A model generated the notes under the pieces. The model was not told the DNA's origin and made no database searches. It was given only the letters and a program-made list of their open reading frames with translations. The translations under genes and the position numbers were made by a program. Below are positions 20,408 to 31,483 of a stretch of DNA of 64,000 nt, in pieces (position 1 is the first letter of the stretch; every line of letters begins with the position of its first letter). The stretch comes from Candidatus Krumholzibacteriota bacterium (GTDB lineage: Bacteria > Krumholzibacteriota > Krumholzibacteriia > JAJRXK01). The stretch covers positions 1,024,001 to 1,088,000 of the forward strand of contig CAVXTH010000009.1 of NCBI GenBank assembly GCA_963764625.1. The letters run 5' to 3'.

Positions 20408-21202
20408 ATGAAGCTTCTGCTGCTCTGCGATGGGGCTATGGGCGGAGAGCGGAACATGGCTCTCGACCGCGCTCTGCTGAGGGCCTACCAGCGGGGTGAA
20501 CTGAACTCTCCACTTCTGCGGGTGTACGCCTGGGACCCTCCCGCGCTCTCGTTGGGTTACCACCAATCGGTGCGGGATTTGGATCTTTCGCGGCTGCGTG
20601 CCCAGAGAATCGATCTCGTGCGGCGTCCGAGCGGGGGGGGAGCGGTCTTGCACTGGCGGGAATGGACCTACGCCGTGGCTGGTCCGCTGGGGATCCCCGG
20701 TTTGGGCGGGGGGTTTCGTGAGATCTACGCCTCGCTCGCCGGAAGCCTGGTCGAAGCGCTGAACCGACTCGGGGTGGCGGCTCAGAGCGAAGGCACGGGA
20801 GGACCCGAGAGTTTTCTCTGCTTCGAGTCTCTCCACGGGCACGAGATCTCGGTGGGGGGACGAAAGCTGGTGGGGAGCGCGTTCAGGCAGACCCGACGCG
20901 CGTTCTTGCAACACGGAAGTCTGTTGGTGGGTCCGGAGCATCTGCGCATCGTCGAGCTCTTGGGTGAGGGAAATGCGGAGGAGCGCGAGGCGCGCAGACA
21001 GAGCTTGCGCCGGCGCACGACGAACCTAAAGGAGCTCGGACACTCGGAGCTCTCCGCCGAGAGCTTCGCGCTTGCCTTCGCGGATACCCTGTCCGCGCGC
21101 TTGAAACTCGCGGTCGAAGTGCTCGAAAGCTATCCGAATGCGGTCTCGGTTCTCGCCGAGGATTCGAGTCTTCTCTCGCCCGCCGCTCGCATTCGCCCTT
21201 GA
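20408..21202 (+). CDS. Lipoate-protein ligase / LipM-like octanoyltransferase
   Basis: NMALD, LSLGYHQ, VRRPSGGGAVLH, RKLVGSA..QHGS; follows the gcv genes. Confidence 0.88.
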   Translation: MKLLLLCDGAMGGERNMALDRALLRAYQRGELNSPLLRVYAWDPPALSLGYHQSVRDLDLSRLRAQRIDLVRRPSGGGAVLHWREWTYAVAGPLGIPGLGGGFREIYASLAGSLVEALNRLGVAAQSEGTGGPESFLCFESLHGHEISVGGRKLVGSAFRQTRRAFLQHGSLLVGPEHLRIVELLGEGNAEEREARRQSLRRRTTNLKELGHSELSAESFALAFADTLSARLKLAVEVLESYPNAVSVLAEDSSLLSPAARIRP

Positions 21203-21259
21203 CCGCTCGGGCGCTGTCCTTGCACCTTGAATCCTGCACACCAACCCCGCGGCGCGTTC

Positions 21260-22225
21260 ATGGCAGCATTCGTCCTTCGACGTCTCTTGGGCTCCATTCT
21301 CCTTCTCTGGGGCGTGGTCACGCTCACCTTCGTGCTGCTCCAGGTCGCGCCGGGCGATCCGATGGACGCACTCGTCGATCCCTCATTCACTCCGCAGGAC
21401 GTTCAGGCGATCCGGGCGCGCTACGGTCTGGACGAGCCGATGGCGGTACAGTACGTCTCTTGGCTCACAGGCCTTTTGCACGGTGACCTGGGGATCAGCC
21501 TTCGCCACAAGAGACCGGTGGCCAAGATCCTCGCCGAGGCCATCCCCAACACGCTGAGGCTGAGCGTGGTGTCGTTTCTGCTCTGGCTCGTCGCCGGGAC
21601 CGCACTCGGGGTGTGGGCCGCCGCACGGAGGGGGCGCGCGAGCGAACGGGGGGCCACCATCTTGAGTCTTCTCGTCTACAGTCTGCCCTCGTTTTGGCTG
21701 GGGCTGATGCTCCAGCTCATCTTCGTGTGGCGACTCCACTGGCTTCCCTCCGGCGGGATGGCGGATGGGAGTCTGTCCGCGCTGGGGTTTTGGCCCTGGT
21801 TCCTTTCGAGTTGTCGTCATCTCGTGCTCCCGGCGGCGGTTCTCGGGCTTTCAGGGGCGGCGGGGCTCGCGCGTTACATGCGTTCCTCGATGCTGGAGAT
21901 TCTCTCGCAGGATTACATTCGGACCGCGCGCGCGAAGGGCCTCAGCGAACGCGCGGTGCTCCTGAAGCATGCTCTGCGCAACGCGGCCATTCCTCTGATC
22001 ACTCTTCTCGGGTTGAGTCTGCCTTTCCTGCTCAGCGGAGCGGTCGTGGTGGAGGTGATCTTCTCGTGGCCGGGGATGGGACAGGTCGCGGTCTCCGCCC
22101 TCCTCGGGCGCGACTATCCGGTGATCCTGGCCACTACCCTCTTGTCGGGCAGCATGGTCATCGTGGGAAACCTCCTGGCGGATCTGGCCTATGGCGTGAT
22201 CGATCCGCGCATCCGGTTGGGTTGA
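21260..22225 (+). CDS. oppB: Peptide ABC transporter permease (OppB/DppB)
   Basis: PGDP, GDLGIS, QDYIRTARAKGL, RDYPVI, DPRI. Confidence 0.9.
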   Translation: MAAFVLRRLLGSILLLWGVVTLTFVLLQVAPGDPMDALVDPSFTPQDVQAIRARYGLDEPMAVQYVSWLTGLLHGDLGISLRHKRPVAKILAEAIPNTLRLSVVSFLLWLVAGTALGVWAAARRGRASERGATILSLLVYSLPSFWLGLMLQLIFVWRLHWLPSGGMADGSLSALGFWPWFLSSCRHLVLPAAVLGLSGAAGLARYMRSSMLEILSQDYIRTARAKGLSERAVLLKHALRNAAIPLITLLGLSLPFLLSGAVVVEVIFSWPGMGQVAVSALLGRDYPVILATTLLSGSMVIVGNLLADLAYGVIDPRIRLG

Positions 22226-22226
22226 G

Positions 22227-23258
22227 ATGCTCCACGCCGCGCGCCGCATCGGGTTGTCGTTCCTCGTCCTCTTGCCGCTTGCGCTCAAGGGACCCGCGGC
22301 GTACGAGTGGCTTTTTGGGAGGGCAAATGGAGCCGACGGCGCGGTGGCCGCGTGGAGCTCCTTGATCCTGGCTCTCCTTCTGCTTTTGGGGCCGCGCGTG
22401 GATCCCGCGTCGTGGTGGTCCAAGGCCTGGGCCGATACCTCTGCCCGTATCGGACTTTCGCTGATCGCGTTTCTCCTCCTGGTCGCTCTGTTGGCTCCCC
22501 TTCTGTCCGCCTACGACCCCACGGAACTGGGAGTCCCGGTGGTCTCACGTTTTTTGTCTCCTTCGGCGCGCCACCTCATGGGAACCGACCTCTTGGGGCG
22601 GGACCTCTACAGCCGGGTCGTCTACGGGGCGCGGATCTCCCTCTTCATCGGCGTGGCCAGTGTTTCCACCTCGGTCCTTTTGGGAATTCTGGTGGGAGCC
22701 TCGGCCGGGTTCCTGGGTGGATTCGCCGATAGCGTTCTCATGCGCTTCACCGATTTCATGCTGGCGTTCCCGCGGCTCTTTCTCATTCTCGCGCTCATGG
22801 CCGTGTTCTCACCCTCGACCTGGCTCGTGGTGCTGGTTCTGGGCACGACCGGGTGGATGGGCGTGGCGCGCGTGGTGCGGGGAGGAGTGCTCCAGGTACT
22901 CGGGATGGACTTCGTGGAGGCGGGACGGGCGCTGGGAATACCGCGCGCGCGCTTGCTGCTTCGCCACGTGCTGCCCTCGGCCATGGCCCCCGTCATCGTG
23001 GCGGCCACTCTTCGGGTGGGCAATGCCATCCTGGCCGAGAGTTTCCTGAGCTTTCTCGGCCTGGGGGTGCAGCCCCCGGCCGTGAGTTGGGGCCAACTCA
23101 TCGGACAAGGGCGGGATACGCTCTTGACGGCGTGGTGGATCTCGACCTTTCCTGGGCTTGCCATCACCCTGACCGTCATCGGATTCAACCTGCTCGGTGA
23201 TGGTCTGCGCGACCTCAACGACCCCCGCTTGATCGTGAAATCGAGTTCGAGGCCATGA
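22227..23258 (+). CDS. oppC: Peptide ABC transporter permease (OppC/DppC)
   Basis: HLMGTDLLGRD, LSFLGLG, FNLLGDGLRD. Confidence 0.9.
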   Translation: MLHAARRIGLSFLVLLPLALKGPAAYEWLFGRANGADGAVAAWSSLILALLLLLGPRVDPASWWSKAWADTSARIGLSLIAFLLLVALLAPLLSAYDPTELGVPVVSRFLSPSARHLMGTDLLGRDLYSRVVYGARISLFIGVASVSTSVLLGILVGASAGFLGGFADSVLMRFTDFMLAFPRLFLILALMAVFSPSTWLVVLVLGTTGWMGVARVVRGGVLQVLGMDFVEAGRALGIPRARLLLRHVLPSAMAPVIVAATLRVGNAILAESFLSFLGLGVQPPAVSWGQLIGQGRDTLLTAWWISTFPGLAITLTVIGFNLLGDGLRDLNDPRLIVKSSSRP

Positions 23259-24265
23259 ACGAAACCCTCCTGCAACTCGAGGACCTCAGAGCGGCCTTCT
23301 TTAGCGAGGCCGGCACGGCGATGGCGGTCGACGGGGTGAGCCTGCGGGTGCACAAGGGAAGCACTCTGGGGCTGGTCGGGGAATCGGGCTGTGGCAAGAG
23401 CGCGCTCGCGCTCTCGATTCTGCGCCTTCTTCCGGCCCCTTCGGGTCGGGTCATCTCCGGACGCGTTCTCTTCTCGGGTCGTGATCTCCTGCAACTGAAG
23501 GAGGCCGAGCTGCGTAAGGTGCGCGGCAAGGAGATCGGTATCGTCTTCCAGGAACCCATGACGAGCCTCAATCCGGTCTATCCCTGCGGCGAGCAGGTCG
23601 CGGAGGTCTTGCGACTGCACGAGGGCCTGTCGCGCAAGCAGGCCAAGACGCGCGCGATCGAGCTCTTCGATTCGGTGGGGATCCCCGATCCCGTGCGGCG
23701 GGTGGACGACTACCCGTACCAGCTCTCGGGGGGCATGCGGCAGCGGGTGATGATTGCCATGGCCATCGCGTGCCGACCCAAGCTACTCATCGCGGACGAG
23801 CCGACCACCGCCCTCGATCTGACCATTCAGAGCCAGATCCTGCAGCTCCTGGACAGACTCCAATCGGAGCTGGGCATGAGTCTTCTGCACATCACGCACG
23901 ATCTGGCGGTGCTGGCCCAGAGCGCGCACGAAGTCGCCGTGATGTACGCCGGACGCCTGGTGGAATTGGCGCCGGCCGACACGATCTTCGAGCGACCGGC
24001 CCACCCCTACACGCTGGGGCTTCTCGCGTGCCGCCCGGAAGGGGTTCTGCCCTCGGGCCGCTTGCGCGTGATCGGCGGCAGCGTGCCCGATCCCATGCAG
24101 CGAAGCGCCGGCTGCCGATTCGCGCCCCGCTGTCCTTTCGCGAAGGAGCACTGCCGTGAGGAATCCCCTCCCATGACCGCGGTGGAGGAGGGTCACGAAG
24201 TCGCGTGCTTCGAGGCCGAGCGCGTGCGCGAGGAGGGGAGGTGGCCCGATGAGCGAGCGAACTGA
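23255..24265 (+). CDS. oppD: Peptide ABC transporter ATP-binding protein (OppD/DppD)
   Basis: [21 protein letters not shown]-terminal CRFAPRC. Confidence 0.92.
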   Translation: MNETLLQLEDLRAAFFSEAGTAMAVDGVSLRVHKGSTLGLVGESGCGKSALALSILRLLPAPSGRVISGRVLFSGRDLLQLKEAELRKVRGKEIGIVFQEPMTSLNPVYPCGEQVAEVLRLHEGLSRKQAKTRAIELFDSVGIPDPVRRVDDYPYQLSGGMRQRVMIAMAIACRPKLLIADEPTTALDLTIQSQILQLLDRLQSELGMSLLHITHDLAVLAQSAHEVAVMYAGRLVELAPADTIFERPAHPYTLGLLACRPEGVLPSGRLRVIGGSVPDPMQRSAGCRFAPRCPFAKEHCREESPPMTAVEEGHEVACFEAERVREEGRWPDERAN

Positions 24266-25262
24266 AATGGGGCCCCTCTTGAGGGTGAGAGGGCTCACGA
24301 AGCACTTCGCCCCGCGACCTTCTCTCTTTGCGGGTTCTCGCGAACCCCTGCGCGCGGTGGAGGGGATCGATCTGACCCTGCACCGCGGTGAAACCCTCGG
24401 CCTGGTGGGCGAATCCGGGTGTGGGAAGAGCACCACCGCCCGCTGCATTCTCCGTCTGCTGGAGGCCACTGCGGGCGAAATCGAGGTGAAGGGAGTCGAC
24501 GTGCGCCGCCTCCGCGGCCAAGAGCTACGCCGATTCCGCCGTCACATGCAGATCGTCTTTCAGGATCCCTACGGGAGTCTGAACCCGCGCTTCACGGTGG
24601 GGCAGGCGCTCGAGGAGGCGCTTCTGGTCCATGGAATGGGCACCGCCGCGGAGCGAGGCGAGAGGGTGCGGGCGATGCTCGCGCGCGTCGGTCTCGCGCA
24701 GGAGCACCTGGGGCGCTACCCGCACGAGTTCAGTGGGGGACAGAGGCAACGGGTGGGGATCGCGCGTGCGCTCATCCTGAGTCCCGAACTGGTGATCGCG
24801 GACGAGCCGGTCTCGGCGTTGGATCTGAGCGTGCAGGCGCAGATTCTCAATCTCTTGCGGGATCTCCAGGAGGAAATGAACCTGGGCTATCTGTTCATCG
24901 CGCACGATCTGGCAGTGGTGGAGCACATGAGTCACCGCGTCGCGGTGATGTACGCGGGTCGCATCGTCGAGGAGGGACCGACGCACGAGATCATGCGCGC
25001 GCCCAAGCACCCCTACACGCGCGCCTTGCTCGCGGCGGCCCCCCGCATCGAAGCCAAACCGCGCGCGGAAACGGTCGCGGTGGTGCAGGGCGACGCACCC
25101 AGCGCACGGCGGCGTCCCAGCGGATGCCCCTTTCACCCGCGTTGCCCCGAGTTCCGGCCCGAATGTGCGCGTTTTCGCCCCGAACTGTCGCCGCCCGAGG
25201 GCTCCCACCGCGTCGCCTGCTGGATCTACGACTCGCCGCCCTCCTCGTCAGTGTCCCAATAG
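24249..25262 (+). CDS. oppF: Peptide ABC transporter ATP-binding protein (OppF/DppF)
   Basis: [32 protein letters not shown]. Confidence 0.92.
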   Translation: MSERTEMGPLLRVRGLTKHFAPRPSLFAGSREPLRAVEGIDLTLHRGETLGLVGESGCGKSTTARCILRLLEATAGEIEVKGVDVRRLRGQELRRFRRHMQIVFQDPYGSLNPRFTVGQALEEALLVHGMGTAAERGERVRAMLARVGLAQEHLGRYPHEFSGGQRQRVGIARALILSPELVIADEPVSALDLSVQAQILNLLRDLQEEMNLGYLFIAHDLAVVEHMSHRVAVMYAGRIVEEGPTHEIMRAPKHPYTRALLAAAPRIEAKPRAETVAVVQGDAPSARRRPSGCPFHPRCPEFRPECARFRPELSPPEGSHRVACWIYDSPPSSSVSQ

Positions 25263-25298
25263 AGTGTCCCATAAGAGCTTAGCGCGCCAACGGCGGGG

Positions 25299-25327
25299 TT
25301 GACTCGATTCCACCCGCCCCGTATATT
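25299..25327 (+). promoter_or_regulatory. Putative sigma70 promoter of the TonB-receptor operon
   Basis: TTGACT-N17-TATATT. Confidence 0.6.
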
Positions 25328-25333
25328 TCGCAC

Positions 25334-25625
25334 GTCACATCAGAGGTGCCTGATGTTGTGGCTTTTCCTGATCCCCTGGACTTGCCGGGCCCTTCGAGCC
25401 CGGCTCGTGCTTGGGATTCACGGGTGGAGGCTCCACTCAGCCGGATCCTTCAGGGGGAGCTGCGGATCAGGGGTGTCGTCAGTTTTAACCCCGCACTCTG
25501 TGTTTCGCACCCGCACCGGCCCGGGTGTCAGCGCGTTACCCCTGCGCGCTCGTGAGCCGAATGGGTCGTGTGCCGGGGTGTGTGGCGCATCCCCACGCTG
25601 GACTGTGGAGTTGTTCTCCACCGAG
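25334..25625 (+). other. Long, apparently structured 5' leader (candidate cis-regulatory RNA)
   Basis: Nested complementary segments, e.g. CCTGATCC/GGATCAGG, GCCGGGC/GCCCGGC, GGGATTC/GGATCCT, GTGGAG/CTCCAC; no riboswitch consensus recognised. Confidence 0.35.
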
Positions 25626-25646
25626 AGAACACCAAGGAGTACCGTC

Positions 25647-28600
25647 ATGTTCCATCGGTCACTCGGTCGCGGGTCGTCACTCGTCCTAGCATTGATCTTA
25701 TGGGTCTGCGCCCTTCCGGCTCACGCACAGAATACCGGCGGCATTTCCGGCACCATTCGCAACGGAGAGACCAAAGAACTCTTGGACTACGCCAACGTGG
25801 TGGTGACACGGGACAGCGACAAAGCGCAGTGGGGGACCATGTCGCTAGGTGGTGGACGCTTCTTTCTGCGCGACCTGCCGGCCGGAGACTACACCATCAG
25901 CATTCTGTATTTGGGTTACAAGAAGGTCACGCAGCCGGTGACGGTGGTCGCCGGAAAATCCGTGACCCTGGATTTCGATCTGGAAGTGACGGTGGTGAAG
26001 ACCTTCGACGAATTCGTGGTCGAGGGGCAGGCCGTCATGGTCGAGGTGAAGGAAACCGAATTCACCCAAAACGTGCATGCCGAGGATCTGACCGACTACG
26101 CGGTGGATTCGGTCGAGGAAGCGGTGGCCCAACAGGCGGGAATCGTGGCCCGCGGCGGCGAGTTGTACGTCCGCGGGGGCCGCTCCGGTGAGCTCTCCTT
26201 TCGGATCGACGGAGTGGCGGTGGACGACCCGCTCGGCGGGGGATCGATGGGAGTCGGGAGCTTGGGGGTCGCAAACGTCGAGACGGTGACCGGTGGTCAG
26301 GATCCCGAGTACGGGAACGCGCTCTCCGGGGTCGTGAACGTCACCACCCGCGAGGGTGGAGACAAGTTCGAGGCGCGCTTCCGTTATCTCACCGACGACT
26401 TCGGCCGCCAGGACCGCACCTACACCAATTTCGACCGCTTCGAGTTCGCGTTCGGTGGTCCGACGGGGATCCCGCGCCTGACCTACTTCGTCAACGGCGA
26501 CCTCTCCTTCACGGACAACGAGAACTACAACCGCGCTAATCGCCCCGAGAGCGAAGTGAAACTGCTGGGAGTGACCCTGTGGAAGTGGCGGCGCCGGCAG
26601 ACCAATCAGGGGCGGGGCTCGGTCAAGCTGGCCTACCGCTTCGACGATGCGGGCGCGCGCAAGATCACGGCGGAGGTCACGACCAATTTCACCCGGAGTG
26701 ATCCCTATCTGCCGAACTGGGACGTGCAGGGCTATGCGCAGAAGATTCTCACCATGCCCGAAATCGAATCGGTCTCGGGAAGCTACCGCTTCTCTGGCCG
26801 TACGCGCCGCGTGTATTACGGCCCCTGGGTGCAGAACATGCAGCGCATGGCCCATACGGTACGCGTCGCGGTGGATCGCGGTGAGGGCACTTTCTACGAG
26901 CCCATGGCGGTGCTGCAATTGCGCGATACCCGCGGCAGCACCTTCCTCGCCGCCGCGCAACCCCAATTCGAGGGCTTCCAGTACCCGGTGTCCAGCTTCT
27001 CCACCGTTCAGGAAGATTCGTCCTACGTCGACTTCAACTCGGCGGATCGGGGACCGGAAAGCAAGCGCTGGAGCACGCAGGCGAAGGTGGTGTGGCGCCA
27101 CGCGCTCAACGACACCGACTTCTACACCCTTCGTCTCGCGCGTCTGGAGTTCAACAGCTTCAACTCGGTAGCGGGGGACCTCTTGCCCTACGAGTTCAAT
27201 CACGGGGGAATCGACGGGCCGGGTACCTTCTTCGGCACTCAGCCCTCGTATCAGATCAGCACCGACTTCGCGACCGATCAGGACAACCCCTTTCTGGTCA
27301 CCTCGGGCGACTACTACGTATACCGGGACCAAAAGACGGTCCAGTACACGAGCAAGTTCGACATCACGAGCACACGCTACAAGGGACACAAGATCAAGAG
27401 CGGCTTCAAGGTTCTCTACAACGATCTCAGGGACAAGAACCTGTCCAGCCCGGCCGTGGAGCGCCAGGACCGGCTCACCGGGGGGTTCTCGCAGGGGAGC
27501 AACCGCAACGTGTTCCACAGCTTTAACCCCGAGGCCTCCTACTACCTGCAGGACCGCTGGGAGCACGAGGGCATGGTGGTCAACGGTGGATTCCGTTGGG
27601 ACATGTTCTCGCCCGGTTCCGCCGCCACCATCCAACTCGGCAACGAGGGCGTCGATCGCAACGTCTTGAAGTACAAGACCGCGTTCAGCCCCCGCATTGG
27701 ATTCGCATTCCCCATCACGGATCGCGACGCGTTCCACTTCCACTACGGGCGCTTTATCCAGTTCCCCGAGCGCGACGTGCTCTTCGCCAGCCAGGACGCG
27801 ATCGGGAACCAGGGATCGCTGGGAAATCCGAATCTGCAGTCCATGTTGACCATCGCCTACCAGGCGGGAATCCGGCGGCAGTTCAACGACTATCTCGCCG
27901 GTCAGATGGTAGTCTACTGGAAGGACATCTACGGGTTGATCGCGACGACCACCGTGACCGACGAGACGACGGGGAACACCCTGCGGCGCTACATCAACAA
28001 GGCCTTCGCCAATGCCCGCGGACTCGAGCTCACCCTGGACAAGCGCTATAGCAACCGCTGGAGCATGAAGTTGGCCTACACCTTCGCGTTCGCCGACGGG
28101 GTTGCGAGTGACCAGGCTTTTGGTTCGAATCCCGAAGGATTGGAGTTCATTCCCAACCAGGAGTTGCCACTCAACTGGGACCGGCGTCACAGTCTTCACC
28201 TGGGGCTTCGAGTTCAGGAACCCAACGTCTGGGCGGCCAGTATGACTTTCGATTACGGTACTGGTTTTCCCTGGACCCCGGTGTTCCGTTTCGAGAAGAA
28301 GATCGACCCGCTCTGACGAGAACAGCCGGCGCCACCCCGACGAGTATGACCTGAGTCTGCAGGCCGAACGGCACGTGAATGTCTACGGCCAGAAGGTGAC
28401 GCTTTTCCTGCAGGGTCTGAACCTGATCAATCAAGACATCGTGGCCACCCAGGCGCCCTTCGTGGCCCCGGTGGCGCCTAACGCAACGACCGCCTACACG
28501 GCCTACCTGACCGACACGGGCAAATATGGAGGAGCGCTGCTGTACGACGTGGATGGGAGCGGCCGGAACGACTACGTCCCGGTCAACGACCCGCGCGTCT

Positions 28601-28647
28601 TTCGGCAGCACCGCATCTTCCGCGTGGGACTCGGATGGCAATTCTAA
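25647..28647 (+). CDS. TonB-dependent receptor (CarboxypepD_reg-like N-domain, plug, barrel); one +1 indel near 28314
   Basis: Signal peptide; plug VRGGRSGE..F.IDG and EYGNALSGVVN; SPRIGF.F.I; C-terminal RVGLGWQF lies in the shifted frame. Confidence 0.9.
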
Positions 28648-28682
28648 CTCGACAAGCGGGTCGCCGAAGGAGGCTTGTGAGC

Positions 28683-31419
28683 ATGTGGTTCCTTGCCACT
28701 CGTGAAGAGATCGACTGGTGGCGTCGAGTTCTCTGGCTTCTTGTGCTTGCCGGTGCCCTGCTGAGCGCGAACGTTGTGGTGGCCCGGTACGACGGACCCG
28801 AGATCATCGACCTAGGCAAGGATGCGCAGGGAACCTACACGATCTTGGGCAACTTCGTGATGAACGTCGGACAGGCGCAATGCAACATCACGAACTTCGG
28901 GCTGATCGGTTCGCAGCCGGGTTTCCGCCGAAGCTACTCGGACGCGCCTTCGATGATGTGGCCCGCGGGGAGCGGTGTGGACTATCTCTGGTCGGCCGGT
29001 CTCTGGTTCGGCGCGATCAAGAACGGCGTGCCGGCCGTCTCGACAGGACAGTACGAAACCGAGTTTCGTCCAGACGCCCAGGACCCTCTGGCCACCATCT
29101 TTACGATGAAGCAAGGGGATCCCGGAGGCGCGCGTTACCCCGATCCCAACGAGGATGACGACAAGGACGGCTTGATCAACGAAGATCCCAAGAACGGGAT
29201 CGACGACGATGGCGACGGGAAGATCGACGAGGATTTCGAGGCGATCGGCAACCAGCATTTCCGCTGCGTCTACTCCGACTATTCCCCCCAGGCCATCGAG
29301 ACCTATCCCGACCACGAGCCTTTGTACATCGACGTGGTGCAGGAGACCTTCCAGTGGGAGGACGAAGCGGTCGACGATTTCGTCGGGTTCCAGTTCACCA
29401 TCACCAACACAGGCGTGTCTCCACTCGACGACATCTATCTGGGGTTCTTCGCCGACCCGGACTGTGGCCCCCGTGGCGGCGTGCAGATCGCCAACGACGA
29501 CTTGCCCGGCTTCTGGGCCGGAACGGTCCGCGCGCCGGACGGGTCGTACGTCCCGCTCGCCATTGCCTATCAATATGACGACGACGGCGACGCGGGGAAG
29601 ACTCCGGGTTTCTTCGGAATGTTCTTCCTCAATCACGACACCGATCCCACCGGGGAGAAAGCGCCCAAGCAGGTTGGCATCACCTCCTTCCAGAATTTCA
29701 GTGGAAGTGCGACTTTCGATCGCGGCGGGGATCCCACCAATGACTCTGAGCGCTACGATCTCATGTCGCGCAAGGCCATCGACTCCACTCCCCAGATCGG
29801 GCAGGGTCGAGGCAACGATTATCGCATTCTGTTGGCGACCGGGCCGTTCGCCGGTCTCGAGCCTCAGCAGAGTATCGAGTTCCAGGCGGCCTTCGTGATC
29901 GGGGATGGATTCGAGGGGATGCGACGGAACGCAGTCCAGGCGGCGCTGACCTACTTGGGGGCCGACTTCGACCGGGACGGAAACCGGGACACTGGAATCA
30001 AGGGCCGCGAATCCAAGATCTGCATCGACGACTTCGGGCCTCGGGGAGCCTCGAACCCCATCTTCAGTCTCTTTGTCGACTGCACCGACAGTCTTACCAT
30101 CGTCCAGGGGCGGGCGATCCTCATCGAGACCAAGGATCTCGACGATGACGGCTGCATCTACATCGATGCCGACTGCGATTTCGAGCGCGCGCGTACTGGG
30201 CAGGACATTCGTGGCTTGACCGAGAATCCCTGTCTGCAGGACGGGGAGGGTGTCGACAACGCCTACCTGGCCGGCTGCACCGGGGTGTTGGGCAAGGAAT
30301 ACCGCCAAGATTGGCTCGTGGGTCTCGCCCCGTCGGCTCCCACGATGAGACTCTGGCAGACAAACAACCGCGTACACGTCTTCTTCAACAACAAGAGCGA
30401 ACTGGAAAAGGACGTGCGTCTGCAGAAGAAGGACTTCGAATCCTACCGGATCTGGCGCGCGGACAACTGGGACCGCCCCTATGGCTCATCGGTGGAGAAC
30501 GGGCCGGAGGCGCGGCTATGGAGGCTCATCGCGGAGTACGACCTGGTGGATAGTTTCACCACCGTTCGTTCGATCAGCAACGGACGCGACGAGGTGACGG
30601 AGAAACTTCCCTTGGGCGCGAACACCGGGCTCGATCCCATCCGCTATACGCCCTCAGTCAATCGTCCGGGCTCGTATGAAGCGGCCCAGTACAAGGATCT
30701 TTCCGCCCTGATCGATCAGATCCTCGCGGAGAACAAGCAGATTCTGAATCCGAGTTCAGGTGCTTCGTTACCGCAAGGCGGATGGCACCATCACCGCCAT
30801 CGGAATGGCGTACCCTCAGTTGGCGAACTGGGAGTGCTGCTACGACCAGGTCGACAGCCTGTATTGGTCCAAGCTCGATCCACCCGTCGAGTTCTACGAG
30901 TACGTCGATACGGACGTACACAACGGGATCTACTACTTCTATTCGGTGACCGCTTCTGACTTCACGGTGGATCAGTCGAAGACGGATCTAGTGCCCACGG
31001 GTCCCGGCCTAGTGGGAGATCCGCAGAGCAACTTTGCATTCGCGTCTCCGAAGTCGAATGCGCAAACTCCGGAGGAACGAAAGGCCAACGGAGCCAACAT
31101 CTACGTCGTGCCGAACCCGGCCACGAGGGAGTCACTCTCGGAGTTCAGTCAACTCTTTCCGAATGCCGACGATCCGACGGGGGTTCGCGTGGAATTTCGC
31201 AATCTCCCGAGATCGAAGAACACGGTGAAGATCTTCACCCTGTCCGGCGATCTGGTGACGGAAATTCCCCACGACGGGACTCTGGGTGACGGTTCCGTCT
31301 CCTGGAATCTGGTTTCGCGAAACGGTCAGGAAATCGTCAGTGGGATCTATCTGTACTCGGTGGAATCCGAGGACAACAAGTTCAATCGGGTGGTGGGGAA
31401 GTTTACCGTCATTCGTTAA
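28683..31419 (+). CDS. Large secreted protein with acidic Ca-binding-like motifs and T9SS/FlgD-like C-terminal domain; one +1 indel near 30756
   Basis: Signal peptide; WPAGSG..YLW.AGLW; DDDKDG..NGIDDDGDGKIDED; FESYRIWR; C-terminal VVPNP...IFTLSGDLV...WN...SGIYLY...GKFTVIR. Confidence 0.8.
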
Positions 31420-31483
31420 GTGCTCAAATTTGGGGCTCGAGAGTAGAGCTCTCGACCTGCTCTTTTGGAGCGGAGGTTGATCG

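Noticed and set aside
25299-25646. 116-codon N-terminal extension of the receptor ORF from TTG 25299
   Set aside because: The TTG is part of the -35 box; a clear RBS (AAGGAG) and signal peptide support the ATG at 25647.
25845-30377. Long antisense ORFs (784 aa and 521 aa) opposite the receptor and CTD protein
   Set aside because: Expected from GC-rich codon bias; they have no recognisable motifs and fully overlap well-supported genes. The same applies to most other alternative-frame ORFs in the track.
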